Positions 44,998 through 55,020 are shown, numbered from the stretch's first letter. The stretch: 64,000 nt of DNA from an uncultured archaeon (GCA_964353775.1 CAYGWB010000002.1:5185-69184), one strand, 5' to 3'. The notes: generated from the sequence alone by a model not told the origin. Made by a program: numbers and translations.

Positions 44998-47461
44998 AAA
45001 GACCTACGAAGTTCTGGACAACTTCCTGGACATGACTCCGAAGGAGCTCATGCAATTCAAGGACGAGATGAACACGGCGTTCCTAAATGAGAACGAGGTC
45101 GTGACTGTCCAGAATTATTTCAAGGGGCTGGGCCGGCCGCCGACCGACGTCGAGCTGTACATGATAGATCAGAACTGGTGCGAACACTCGGCACACGGGA
45201 CTGCCAGAGGAGAGATCACGCTCATTGATTATTCGAAAGGCGAACCGAAAACGAAGACGTTCGACAACCTGCTTGGCGAGACGATACTGGGCGCGATAGA
45301 GAAGGTCAGAAAGCCTTATCTAGTCGCAGCCTGCTCGGACGATGCGGGAATCATCTATGCGTGCAAACACAAAGGAAAAAGAATCGGCACGGCCGGGAAG
45401 ATAGAGACCCACAACTTCCCGTCGAAGGTATCGCCTTTCGGCGGCGCACACACAGGTACGGGCGGCGTCATCCGTGATATTTATTCGGTATTCGGTTCTC
45501 CGAAAGCAGCGGCATTCGTGATTTGCCTGCCTGAACCGAACACGCCGAAAGCAGACATACCAGAAGGTGTCAAGGACCCGAAGGTCTACATAGAAGAAAT
45601 AGTCGCGGGCAACCAAGACTACGGAAACGACATGGGCATACCGACAACGATCACCGGCCTTCACTTCAACAAAGGTTACACAACAAATCCGCTGGTGTTC
45701 GTCGGCTCTTTCGGTACGGTGGATCTTTCTAATTACAAATACGACCCGAAGGCGGGCGACATAATAATATCAGTCGGTGGAAAGACCGGACGGGACGGCC
45801 TCGGAGGCGCGTCCGGCTCTTCGAAGTCACATACTACGCAGACCATGAAAAAAGAAGGCACGGCCGTGCAGATAGGCAATCCGATAGAGGAGCAACACTG
45901 GGGAGCCGTGCTGGAGGAGCAGCTGTTCGACAGCGACCTGATAAGCTACATACAGGACTGCGGCGGCGGTGGCTACTCATCGGCGATATGGGAAAGCGCG
46001 ACGCGCGTAAAGAACGGCGGGGCGACAGTTTACGCGGACAAAATAACGGTCAAGGAAGACGGGCTGACGCTCTATGAAAAAATACTTTCCGAGTCGCAGG
46101 AGCGGCAGATACTGACCGTGAGACCGAAGAACCTGGACAAGGTCATGAAATTATTGGATCGGTACGGCGTCGAGGCGACCGCGATAGGACACCTCACCGG
46201 AGACGGCAAGGCCCGCGTGTACGAGCATGAGGACGACGAGAAGCCCGTTGTTGACCTGGACATGAACTTCCTGCAGAAAGGAAAGCCCAAGGTCAGACGG
46301 ACTGGCGTCTACAAGGTTCCGGAGCTCCCCGAACCTGATGTTAAAATGGTCGATTGCGAATCCGCGTTGCTCGGCGTGTTGTCCAATTACAACGTCGCCA
46401 GCAAGGAGGAAGTGATACGCAGGTTCGACCATCAGGTCCAGGGCCGAACAGTTATTCAGCCGCTGATGGGCAGGGACCTCAGACATCTCTGTCCGAACAA
46501 CGCGGCCGTTCAGAGGTTCTTCTACGATGATGATTACAGCGGTGACGTCATCTCCTACGGCCTGAATCCGCGCTGGGGACAGAAGGACATGGAGAAGATG
46601 GTGCGCGGGGTGTTCGACCAGGCGATACGCAACAACGTCGCGCACGGCGGAAACATGGACCGTATGGCGGTTCACGGCAACTGGTGCATGGCGAACATGA
46701 AAGAGGACGATGAGGAGGTCGGGCGCTTCGCGAAAGGAGCGGAGACGTTCGGCAACTGCGAGATCGAGACCGACATAAGCATATTCGCCGGCAAGGACAG
46801 CATGAACAATTCGCACAAGGACAGCAAGACCGGGAGGAAGCACTACATACCGCCGACGCTGCTCGTCGCTGCACAGAGCGCAACGCCCGATGTGCGCACA
46901 TGCGTCTCGAGTTATGCGAAAAATGAAGGAGACTTCATTTACATAGTCGGTGTGACTAAGCCTGAGCTGGGCGGTTCGATATTCTACGAGAACCTGGGCT
47001 TCGTAGGCAACGCCGTTCCCTCGATAAACTTTTTAGATGCGAAGGCAACATACGCAAAGCTGAGCAAGCTCATTAGGAAAGGCATAAAGCCGGGTGAAAA
47101 GATCGTACGCGCATGCCATAGCGTGACCGAGGGCGGCATCGCTGCGGCTGCAGCCCAGATGGCCATCGGCGGCAACCTAGGCATGTACATCGGTCTCAAT
47201 CATCTGCCAACGTACGGAGTATATCGTGAATACGAGGCGCTTTTCTCGGAATCTCTGGGGCGACTGCTGGTCGAAGTGCCCAAGGACAAGGCGAAGCAGT
47301 TCGAACGCGGCATGGTAGACTGCACTTTCGCAAGAGTCGGCTGCGTGACCAGCGAAAAAATACTTGACGTGCATGACATTGCCGGCAGAGAGGAAATCGT
47401 TAGACTGGACATCGGAAACATGAACGATGCGTGGAAGAAACCGTTGAGGGGTTATGTATGA
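44990..47461 (+). CDS. purL: phosphoribosylformylglycinamidine synthase II
   Basis: PurM-like tandem domains, long-form small PurL. Confidence 0.85.
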   Translation: MSEKTYEVLDNFLDMTPKELMQFKDEMNTAFLNENEVVTVQNYFKGLGRPPTDVELYMIDQNWCEHSAHGTARGEITLIDYSKGEPKTKTFDNLLGETILGAIEKVRKPYLVAACSDDAGIIYACKHKGKRIGTAGKIETHNFPSKVSPFGGAHTGTGGVIRDIYSVFGSPKAAAFVICLPEPNTPKADIPEGVKDPKVYIEEIVAGNQDYGNDMGIPTTITGLHFNKGYTTNPLVFVGSFGTVDLSNYKYDPKAGDIIISVGGKTGRDGLGGASGSSKSHTTQTMKKEGTAVQIGNPIEEQHWGAVLEEQLFDSDLISYIQDCGGGGYSSAIWESATRVKNGGATVYADKITVKEDGLTLYEKILSESQERQILTVRPKNLDKVMKLLDRYGVEATAIGHLTGDGKARVYEHEDDEKPVVDLDMNFLQKGKPKVRRTGVYKVPELPEPDVKMVDCESALLGVLSNYNVASKEEVIRRFDHQVQGRTVIQPLMGRDLRHLCPNNAAVQRFFYDDDYSGDVISYGLNPRWGQKDMEKMVRGVFDQAIRNNVAHGGNMDRMAVHGNWCMANMKEDDEEVGRFAKGAETFGNCEIETDISIFAGKDSMNNSHKDSKTGRKHYIPPTLLVAAQSATPDVRTCVSSYAKNEGDFIYIVGVTKPELGGSIFYENLGFVGNAVPSINFLDAKATYAKLSKLIRKGIKPGEKIVRACHSVTEGGIAAAAAQMAIGGNLGMYIGLNHLPTYGVYREYEALFSESLGRLLVEVPKDKAKQFERGMVDCTFARVGCVTSEKILDVHDIAGREEIVRLDIGNMNDAWKKPLRGYV

Positions 47462-48261
47462 ATCCGAAGTGCGCGATACTGCGTGACCCGGGAACGAACT
47501 GCCACCGCGAGAGCAGGGCGGCTGCCGAGAAGGTGGGGTTCGAGGTCTATGATGTTTTCATCAAGGAGCTGATTGAGAAGAGGAAGAAACTGAACGATTA
47601 TCATTTTTTGATAGACGCCGGCGGATTCGGACACGGCGACTACATACGATCAGGGGCGATAAAGGCAGTTCGCATGCGGCTCGTTGCCGACCAGTTCGAG
47701 GAGTTCTATGCCAAGAACGGGCTGATGCTCATGATATGCAACGGCGCGCAGGACGGAGTGCAGGGCGGGTTCATCAGCAGCTCGGACTCCGCGATTGCCG
47801 AGCAGGACGTAACGCTGTACAAGAACAAATGCGGCAACTTCAGGAACCAGCCCGTGTACCTGGAGAACGTGAACAAGGGCAAGTGCGTCTTCACGCAAGG
47901 CATCAAGCGTATACTTTGTTTTCCCATGCGCAATGGCGAGGGCAGGTTCATCCCGAAGAGCGACGAGGTGCTGAAGAGACTCTATGACGACGACCAGGTC
48001 GTTTTCAAATACGTCGCGCCCGACCGTTTCCCGATGTCAGAGGACGATGAAAAATTGTACAATCCGACCGGTTCTGTTGATCGCATAGCAGGCGTATGCA
48101 ACAAGAAGGGCACATGGCTCGCTCTGATGCCCCATCCAGAATGCGCGATCGACCCGTTCACGGACGGACAATGGACCGGCGAGTTCGGACCGATGATAGA
48201 GGGCGATGGCGAAATCATATTCAAGAACGCGCACAAGTACGCGGTCGAGAGGTTGGTGTAA
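47458..48261 (+). CDS. purQ: phosphoribosylformylglycinamidine synthase I (glutaminase subunit)
   Basis: ATG overlapping purL stop (ATGA); class I GATase with GGFGHGDY and MICNGAQ nucleophile-elbow-like region. Confidence 0.65.
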   Translation: MNPKCAILRDPGTNCHRESRAAAEKVGFEVYDVFIKELIEKRKKLNDYHFLIDAGGFGHGDYIRSGAIKAVRMRLVADQFEEFYAKNGLMLMICNGAQDGVQGGFISSSDSAIAEQDVTLYKNKCGNFRNQPVYLENVNKGKCVFTQGIKRILCFPMRNGEGRFIPKSDEVLKRLYDDDQVVFKYVAPDRFPMSEDDEKLYNPTGSVDRIAGVCNKKGTWLALMPHPECAIDPFTDGQWTGEFGPMIEGDGEIIFKNAHKYAVERLV

Positions 48262-48264
48262 TTC

Positions 48265-49041
48265 ATGACTTTCAAACCGGTTTACGAACCGAAGAACAGT
48301 AAGATGGGCATAGTCGCGTTCTTTTCTGGTGGCGGCTCGTCTTTCCGAGCAATCAACGAGAGCCCGGAAGCTGGAAAAGACTACGAGGTAGTCGCAGCTT
48401 TCACGGACACGCCGAACTGCAAGGCGGCTCATTACGCGCTCGACAACGGCATCCCGCTAGTTGCGCATGACATCAAGAGGTTCTACAAGGCCAGAGGCAA
48501 GCCGCTCAAGGACATGGGGGTACGTGCCGAGTTCGACGAATGGACGGTCGACAGCATCAATGATTTGACCGGAAGATACGGAGTCGAAGCGGACGTTGTG
48601 ATGCTGTCCGGTTACATGCGGCTCTTAACAAAACCCGTACTCAATCGCTGGTCCAACCGCATATTCAACGTGCATCCTGCTGACCTGTCCATCCTGGACG
48701 AAAATGGAAAGAGAAAGTATAGGGGCGATAACGCCGTCTATGACGCAATCAAGGCGGGCGAGAAAGAAACCTGCTCGACCATTCACATAGTCAACGAGCG
48801 TGCGGACGAGGGACCGATCGTTGTTTATTCGAAACGTCTGCCAGTTCCGGCTCTGAAGTATGAGGAACGGATGGATGATGTGACCCTCAGAAACTTTGCG
48901 AGCCAACACCAGGACAGGATGAAAAACGAATGCGACATCCCGGCTTTCAGGCAGGCGATGCTGCTCGTCTCAAATGGCGTGGTCGAACTGAACGAGAAGA
49001 ATGAAGTGTCCATCCATATGGGGCAGCTCTTGAAAAGATGA
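48265..49041 (+). CDS. purN: phosphoribosylglycinamide formyltransferase-like (PurN family)
   Basis: Formyl-transferase N-terminal block GIVAFFSGGGSSFRAI and NVHPADL. Confidence 0.65.
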   Translation: MTFKPVYEPKNSKMGIVAFFSGGGSSFRAINESPEAGKDYEVVAAFTDTPNCKAAHYALDNGIPLVAHDIKRFYKARGKPLKDMGVRAEFDEWTVDSINDLTGRYGVEADVVMLSGYMRLLTKPVLNRWSNRIFNVHPADLSILDENGKRKYRGDNAVYDAIKAGEKETCSTIHIVNERADEGPIVVYSKRLPVPALKYEERMDDVTLRNFASQHQDRMKNECDIPAFRQAMLLVSNGVVELNEKNEVSIHMGQLLKR

Positions 49042-49047
49042 GGTGAT

Positions 49048-50124
49048 TTGATGAAAGAATACGACCCGACGAAACCGTTCAACAAGCAGACCATCGAGTT
49101 GGTCGAGGGGACGTGGGGAAACGCCAAGAATTACATCGTTGATATTTTCCGGGAAGGCAAGCGTTCTGTTTACAACGAGCGCCAATGGGGATATCGAGCG
49201 AACGCCACTGACGGCATAGGCACGAAGGCGTTCCTGCACTGGCAGATGTACAAGGGCTTCAGGAAGAGCCTGAAGCCGGCTGCGCAGGACGCGGCAGCTA
49301 TGGTGCTGGACGACCTGGCCGAACTTGGAGCGGTACCGTACAGGCTCGAGGACCACATCGTCATCCAGGAGGAGGACGAGAAGGCAATATACGAACTGAT
49401 GGCCGGCCTGGTCGACGTGTGCAACGAGCATGACGTAGTGATCACTGGCGGAGAGACCGCCATCTGCGACAACATCCGGGGCTTCGAGATGGGCGTAACC
49501 GCGACCGGCGGGCTCGAGGACGCCTCGAAAAGGACGAAGCTGAAGAGCGGGGACGTGCTGATCGGGCTGCGTAGCAGCGGCATTCACAGCAACGGACTGA
49601 CGTTCGCAAGGCATGTGTTCGGTCTCGGAACGGAGAGGCAGGATAAGGAACTGCAGTACACGCTCCACCACAGGCTGCCCTGGGGCAGGATGGTCGGAGA
49701 AGAGCTGACCGTTCCGACCACTATTTACTGCGACGACCTGCTGCGGCTGAAGGAGGACGCGGAGGGACAAGTGCACGGCATGGTGCACATAACAGGCGGC
49801 GGCTGGACGAAGCTGAAAGAACTGGACGAAACGAAACGCCTGGACTTCCACATGGACGGCCGTAACCAGGAACCGCATCTGATATTTTCATACCTGAAGC
49901 ACCTCAGCAAAAGTCTGGGAAACGTCAAGCCGCTGACGGACAGTGAGATGTACAAGAAGTTCAACTGCGGCACGGGCTTCGTGGTCGCGGTGGACCAGAG
50001 GTATGTCGAAGGGGCGCTGGACGTGCTTGAGCACCACGATCCTCGGGTCATCGGCGAGGTGAAGAAAGGGGCGGGCCGCATCAAGATAAAATCCGCGTTC
50101 AGCAAACGAGAGGTCGTCTTCTGA
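49048..50124 (+). CDS. purM: AIR synthetase-family protein (PurM-like)
   Basis: DGIGTK and GGETA motifs. Confidence 0.6.
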   Translation: MMKEYDPTKPFNKQTIELVEGTWGNAKNYIVDIFREGKRSVYNERQWGYRANATDGIGTKAFLHWQMYKGFRKSLKPAAQDAAAMVLDDLAELGAVPYRLEDHIVIQEEDEKAIYELMAGLVDVCNEHDVVITGGETAICDNIRGFEMGVTATGGLEDASKRTKLKSGDVLIGLRSSGIHSNGLTFARHVFGLGTERQDKELQYTLHHRLPWGRMVGEELTVPTTIYCDDLLRLKEDAEGQVHGMVHITGGGWTKLKELDETKRLDFHMDGRNQEPHLIFSYLKHLSKSLGNVKPLTDSEMYKKFNCGTGFVVAVDQRYVEGALDVLEHHDPRVIGEVKKGAGRIKIKSAFSKREVVF

Positions 50125-51956
50125 TGCAGAAACCGGGCATCGCTGTGCTGGACTTCGGCAGCCAGTACACGCAGACGATTGCCCGTCGGTTCAGGCAGCT
50201 CAATACGTTCTCTGAGATATTCGAGCCGGACACGTGGCCGGCCGAATTTGTCAACGCACGCGGGATAGTACTCTCGGGCGGGCCGAACAGTGTCTATCAG
50301 GCCAATGCGCCGCGATGCAACCATGAGCTGTTCGAGATTGAGAAACCGATATGGGGCATCTGCTACGGCTTCCAATACATCGCGCACAACTTCGGTGGCA
50401 ATGTGGAACGCAAGGAACGCGGAGAGTACGGCAAGGCTCAGCTGAATATTCATAAGAACGTGGGAGTGCTGGAAAATTTAGGGCCGAGCGAGCAGGCATG
50501 GATGTCCCACGGCGACACTGTCACGAAACTGCCGGACGGCTACGAAGCCATCGCCTCGACGGACGATTGTGAGTATGCCGTCGCGTGGAACCCTGAAAAG
50601 AAGATAATCGGGACACAGTTCCATCCGGAGGTAGACGACACGCCGAACGGCATGGTGATGCTGGAAAACTTCCTGCGGTTGTGCGGTGCGACCGAGCATG
50701 ACTGGACCATGGAAAAATATATTAACGAATCCCGTGACATCATCCGAGAACAGGTGCACGGTCGTAAGGTTTGTCATTTAACGAGCGGCGGTGGGGACTC
50801 GACCGTCGCTGCCGTCATGCTTAAGCAGGCGCTTGAACCGGGACAGACCGAGTTCGTGTACATGGACCCGGGCATCATGCGTAAGGGCGAGACGAGATAT
50901 GTGAAGAAAATAGTAGGCGACATCGGTCTTGACCTGACTGTGCTGGACACGTCCGAAGTGCTCGAGAAGCAGCTGGCCGGTGTCACGGACCCGGAAAAGA
51001 AGAGATGGATAATAGGTTCGCACTTTGCAAATGCCGCGGAGGACTACTGGAAGAGCAAGGCGGATGGTTGCGAGTGGATGCTCGGACAGGGCACAATCTA
51101 TCCTGATCACATCGAAAGCAAGGGTACGAAGCACGCGGCAAAGATCAAAACGCACCATAACAGGGTGGAAGAGATACAACGACTGATAAGCATGGGTCGC
51201 GTCATCGAGCCGAACCTCTATCTCTTCAAGGACGAGCTGCGCGAGCTGGCGCGTACGCTAGCGGACAAATATCCCGAATATAAAAATCTGGGCGAGGTCT
51301 TTGCAAAACGGCATCCGTTCCCAGGACCGGGGCTCGCGATACGGATGTTGTGCTCGGACGGGAAGGCTGAAGATACGAACGTGTTGAGCGAGAAGGCCGA
51401 CGCGATAGCAAAAAAATATAATCTGAAGGCAAGCGTACTTCCGATAAAATCCGTGGGCGTCCAGGGTGATGAGCGTTCATTCGCGCATCCTGCGCTGCTG
51501 CAGGGCGATGAGGACTCATGGGACACGCTGGATGCCGCCGCGACAAATATAACCAACGAGCTCCGCGGCCATGTCAACCGTGTCGTCTATGCTTGGGATC
51601 CGCATAAGGTCCGCAAGGCATCACTTCATGCCGCGTATGTCACCCGCACGAGGCTCGCCAAACTCAGGAAAGCTGATGCAATAGTAATGGGCGAGCTTGA
51701 GAGAAACGGTTGGATGGACAAGGTGGGCCAGTGCCCGACGATATCGATACCGATCGGACTGAACGACAAAAAAACCGATTCGCTGGTTATCAGGCCTGTG
51801 AACACGAAGGACTACATGACCGCCAGTTTCTCAAGGCTGCCTGCGGCGCTTGTCAACCGCATATCAGAAGGGGTGGTGGGAACGCTTGGATTGGGCTACT
51901 CCGGCCTACTGTATGACATCACTAACAAGCCGCCCGGCACGATCGAGTGGGAATAG
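50124..51956 (+). CDS. guaA: GMP synthase (glutamine-hydrolysing), single fused polypeptide
   Basis: N-terminal class I GATase (GICYGFQ), PP-loop SGGGDS, C-terminal dimerisation domain. Confidence 0.8.
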   Translation: MQKPGIAVLDFGSQYTQTIARRFRQLNTFSEIFEPDTWPAEFVNARGIVLSGGPNSVYQANAPRCNHELFEIEKPIWGICYGFQYIAHNFGGNVERKERGEYGKAQLNIHKNVGVLENLGPSEQAWMSHGDTVTKLPDGYEAIASTDDCEYAVAWNPEKKIIGTQFHPEVDDTPNGMVMLENFLRLCGATEHDWTMEKYINESRDIIREQVHGRKVCHLTSGGGDSTVAAVMLKQALEPGQTEFVYMDPGIMRKGETRYVKKIVGDIGLDLTVLDTSEVLEKQLAGVTDPEKKRWIIGSHFANAAEDYWKSKADGCEWMLGQGTIYPDHIESKGTKHAAKIKTHHNRVEEIQRLISMGRVIEPNLYLFKDELRELARTLADKYPEYKNLGEVFAKRHPFPGPGLAIRMLCSDGKAEDTNVLSEKADAIAKKYNLKASVLPIKSVGVQGDERSFAHPALLQGDEDSWDTLDAAATNITNELRGHVNRVVYAWDPHKVRKASLHAAYVTRTRLAKLRKADAIVMGELERNGWMDKVGQCPTISIPIGLNDKKTDSLVIRPVNTKDYMTASFSRLPAALVNRISEGVVGTLGLGYSGLLYDITNKPPGTIEWE

Positions 51957-52004
51957 AATCCGCGCTGAGGTTTTCTTCTCGTATTCATCGAGCGTTGTTT
52001 AGAA

Positions 52005-52715
52005 TCATCTCTCGACAACGACGATATCTCCGGTAAATAGGAGAATAGAATTTATGAGCATGTCCTGATCAACTTCGATTATGCCCTTTGTTTTATTGCT
52101 CATCCTTTCATTGTCCATAACAATAAATCTGTCTTTTTTATGGCCTATCACTGTTACGAAATGGCCAAAGGCCACTCCCCGTATGTCATCATATTTTTTC
52201 CTATACACCCTTCTTTTACCATAAAAAATGCTTCCATTTACAGGACATATGACCGGTATTCCTCTGGAAATATAACTGCTGATGAGCTCTTTGGTGATCG
52301 GTTTGAAAACTATGTTTCCGCCTTTGGTCAGAAAATCTATTATTGCCTTGGTTGATTGCTTATAACACCAGAAAATATATCCGTCGCGGACATCACGGGC
52401 GTTGTATCTTGTTACGAACGCGAGCCTCTTCTTGAGTCTTCTAATGAGCGCTGGTTTTGAAAGTTTATACCATGCCGGGTCAAAAAAATGGGTTGAAAGG
52501 GTGAAAATGGTGGCATTGAACCCCCTCGCAACCGCTGCTGTTCCTAGCTTGAATTCCCAATCCACGTATTTTTGTTCGGATCTGGTATCATTGATTATCT
52601 TGCGTAGGTTGTAATTATCTCTGCCCAAATAATCCATCACTATCTTGAGGGCGGCCGGGCCGCATTCCATATGGGGCTGAACTATTCTTTTCAATTTGAT
52701 TTTCGTTGGCATCAT
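52005..52715 (-). CDS. peptidase C39-like domain protein (stand-alone, no ABC transporter fusion)
   Basis: Q..HMECGPAALKIVMDYLG matches the Gln/Cys region of C39 bacteriocin-processing peptidases. Confidence 0.6.
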   Translation of the reverse strand: MMPTKIKLKRIVQPHMECGPAALKIVMDYLGRDNYNLRKIINDTRSEQKYVDWEFKLGTAAVARGFNATIFTLSTHFFDPAWYKLSKPALIRRLKKRLAFVTRYNARDVRDGYIFWCYKQSTKAIIDFLTKGGNIVFKPITKELISSYISRGIPVICPVNGSIFYGKRRVYRKKYDDIRGVAFGHFVTVIGHKKDRFIVMDNERMSNKTKGIIEVDQDMLINSILLFTGDIVVVER

Positions 52716-52744
52716 AAATAAATAGAACTCTCTTTATTTATACT

Positions 52745-54049
52745 TTGAGCGTGTTTGCAATTCGTCTGAGCGATATTTTTGACGGCAATGAGTGCGGGAA
52801 GGAAGAGCTAGAAAGAAAGCTGTCCGTCATAACCGATAAAAAATTCGGCCTGGTAAAATCATTAGAAAAGACGCTGAAATTCAACGACGAACCGAAGCTG
52901 CATCATTACGTCATCGCATTGGCAGGCAGGCAATTTTCCAGCGGGACTGCGCTCAGTGACGAAAGGGCCAGATTGAAAGCCGTCTGTGAAGCGATCGAGA
53001 GGTTCTGCCTTTCAAAATATGACGGAAAGACTTCGATAATTTCATCGTATTCTAAACTCGAACAGGCGCTTGATCCGACCTCTCTGGCCGGAGTTGCGCC
53101 GCAGGATAAGAAGAAGTTCGGCAATTATGACGGAAATACAAAATTCGCATGGGTAAGCGGCCTCTCTATGACAAGAAATGATAAAATCTGGATACCGGCG
53201 CAGCTCGTATATGTTCCGTATCAAAGCAACGAGCCTGTAATAAGAAATACAATATCCACCGGCGCCGCATCGGGAACGTCCTACTCGGCGGCGATTTATC
53301 GCGGCCTCTGCGAGGTCATAGAAAGGGACGCATTCATGATAACATATCTTAACAAGTTGCCGAGGTCCGTGATAGACATAGCCTCTGCAAAAAGCGAGGA
53401 CGTCCGAAGGCTGGACTACATCTTCAGAAGGTACGACCTGGAGAGATACTCCTTTGACATAACCACCGATGTGGGCGTTCCTGTGATATTGACCATTCTT
53501 GTGGACAGGAGCGGCGTCGGACCGTCCGTCAGCCTGGGCATGAAATGCAGCTTCAACGTAGAAGAGGCGCTGCTCGGGTCCATGGAAGAAGCGCAGCAAA
53601 CAAGGCCATGGATACGGGGGGAAATGCACAAGTTTTTGCAAACGGGAAAAATGCCGCCGGAACAACGGCACTTTTTAGAGAGGGCATTTTTCTGGTACGA
53701 TGTCGGCATGATCAAAAAACTGGATTTCCTGCTCAAAACAAAAAATAAAATAAAAATTAGCAGAATAAAGAGCCGTAACTTCAAGGACAGCAACGAACGG
53801 CTAAGAGCGGTCCTGCGCGCCCTGAGGGGCTACGAGACGGACGTAGTTGACCTGACTGATAAAAAAATAGGAAGGGCCGGCTTCAGGGTTATCAAGGCGA
53901 TAGTGCCTGAGATGCAACCGCTGCACCTTGTAGAAGGGCGGCGGTACCTGGGCGGCCGACGATTATATGCCGTACCTAGGATATTGGGTTACAGGAAGAG
54001 GGACAGCAAATACGACGACCTGAACAAAACGCCTCATCCGTTTTTGTGA
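52745..54049 (+). CDS. YcaO-domain protein (ATP-dependent cyclodehydratase family)
   Basis: YcaO motifs: ...SSGTALSDE..., CEAIERF, STGAASGTSYSAAIYRGLCEVIERDAF; TTG/GTG start. Confidence 0.8.
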   Translation: MSVFAIRLSDIFDGNECGKEELERKLSVITDKKFGLVKSLEKTLKFNDEPKLHHYVIALAGRQFSSGTALSDERARLKAVCEAIERFCLSKYDGKTSIISSYSKLEQALDPTSLAGVAPQDKKKFGNYDGNTKFAWVSGLSMTRNDKIWIPAQLVYVPYQSNEPVIRNTISTGAASGTSYSAAIYRGLCEVIERDAFMITYLNKLPRSVIDIASAKSEDVRRLDYIFRRYDLERYSFDITTDVGVPVILTILVDRSGVGPSVSLGMKCSFNVEEALLGSMEEAQQTRPWIRGEMHKFLQTGKMPPEQRHFLERAFFWYDVGMIKKLDFLLKTKNKIKISRIKSRNFKDSNERLRAVLRALRGYETDVVDLTDKKIGRAGFRVIKAIVPEMQPLHLVEGRRYLGGRRLYAVPRILGYRKRDSKYDDLNKTPHPFL

Positions 54050-54777
54050 TAGTCATGGCAGACGATTTCGTTCAGAAGACCAAAATCAAGTCCTTTTCTG
54101 GAAAGAGGAGTTCTTCCACGATGCCATATGTCTACGATAAGATCCATTTCAAGAGCTATCCGCGCTTCAAAAGCACGTGCTTCAAAAAAATAATACCTTC
54201 CAATGAAATTGAAAAGCTGCTCCTGAAAAGGAGCTCGGAAAGGGCCTTCAGTGGAAGGCCGCTCTCATTGGATGAGCTCGGAAAGCTGCTGTATTTCAGC
54301 GGAGGAGTAAGCTGCGTCCGCAAGAAGGACTTTGACCACAGCCGCAGAACGTATCCTTCAGCCGGGGCGAGATACCCGCTCGAGATATATCCGATCGTGT
54401 TCAATGTACGCGGACTGAAACCGGGCGTCTATCATTACAACGTCAAGAGCAACTCTCTGGAGACGATACTGGAAGGCAATGCCAGGAACGTCTTTCCCTG
54501 CCTCGACCAGAGCTGGACAAAGAAGGCTTCGGTGATAATATTGGTTTCTGCCGTGTTTGCCAGGACCACGATAAAATATCATGAACGCGGGTACAGGTAC
54601 GTCTTTCTGGACGCCGGGCACCTTGTGCAGAACATGTATCTGGCTTCGGCTTCCATGGGCCTGAACTGCTGCAGCATAGGCGGCTTCGTGGACGACGGGC
54701 TTAACGAACTGCTGGATATAGACGGCGAAAAAGAATCCGTAATATATGTGGTCGGCATCGGCAAAAGGCGTGTTTAA
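54046..54777 (+). CDS. SagB-type (McbC-like) FMN-dependent dehydrogenase
   Basis: Nitroreductase-fold SagB signatures RSSERAFSG, RTYPSAGARYPLEIY, VFLDAGHLVQNMYL; overlaps ycaO by 4 nt. Confidence 0.8.
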   Translation: MIVMADDFVQKTKIKSFSGKRSSSTMPYVYDKIHFKSYPRFKSTCFKKIIPSNEIEKLLLKRSSERAFSGRPLSLDELGKLLYFSGGVSCVRKKDFDHSRRTYPSAGARYPLEIYPIVFNVRGLKPGVYHYNVKSNSLETILEGNARNVFPCLDQSWTKKASVIILVSAVFARTTIKYHERGYRYVFLDAGHLVQNMYLASASMGLNCCSIGGFVDDGLNELLDIDGEKESVIYVVGIGKRRV

Positions 54778-54800
54778 ATAACTTTCTTACCAGTTATTGC

Positions 54801-54974
54801 CATGTCAAAAGAATATCAGAACAGGGCACTTGCAGATGCGACAGAATTCCCTTCACCAAAAATGAAGGAATATAATACTGCCAGCAACTGCAATGGTGGC
54901 AACTGCACAGGACCGCCGTCGAACTGCTATGGCGGAGTCCCTGTAAAGCGCGCCAGAACCTCTAGAAAAAAGTA
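54801..54974 (+). CDS. candidate RiPP precursor peptide, 57 aa (not in ORF track)
   Basis: ATG 24 nt after sagB-like stop, same strand; MSKEYQNRALADATEFPSPKMKEYNTASNCNGGNCTGPPSNCYGGVPVKRARTSRKK: polar leader then Cys/Asn/Gly/Ser-rich core with three N-C dipeptides, basic tail; followed by T-run. Confidence 0.55.
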
Positions 54975-55009
54975 AGGCCGTCGTTGCTAAACGATGACTT
55001 AGCTTGGCT

Positions 55010-55020
55010 ATGTTTTTTTA
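55010..55020 (+). terminator. oligo-T terminator after candidate precursor gene
   Basis: T7 run about 37 nt after precursor stop, preceded by imperfect hairpin GTCGTTG..CGATGAC. Confidence 0.45.
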
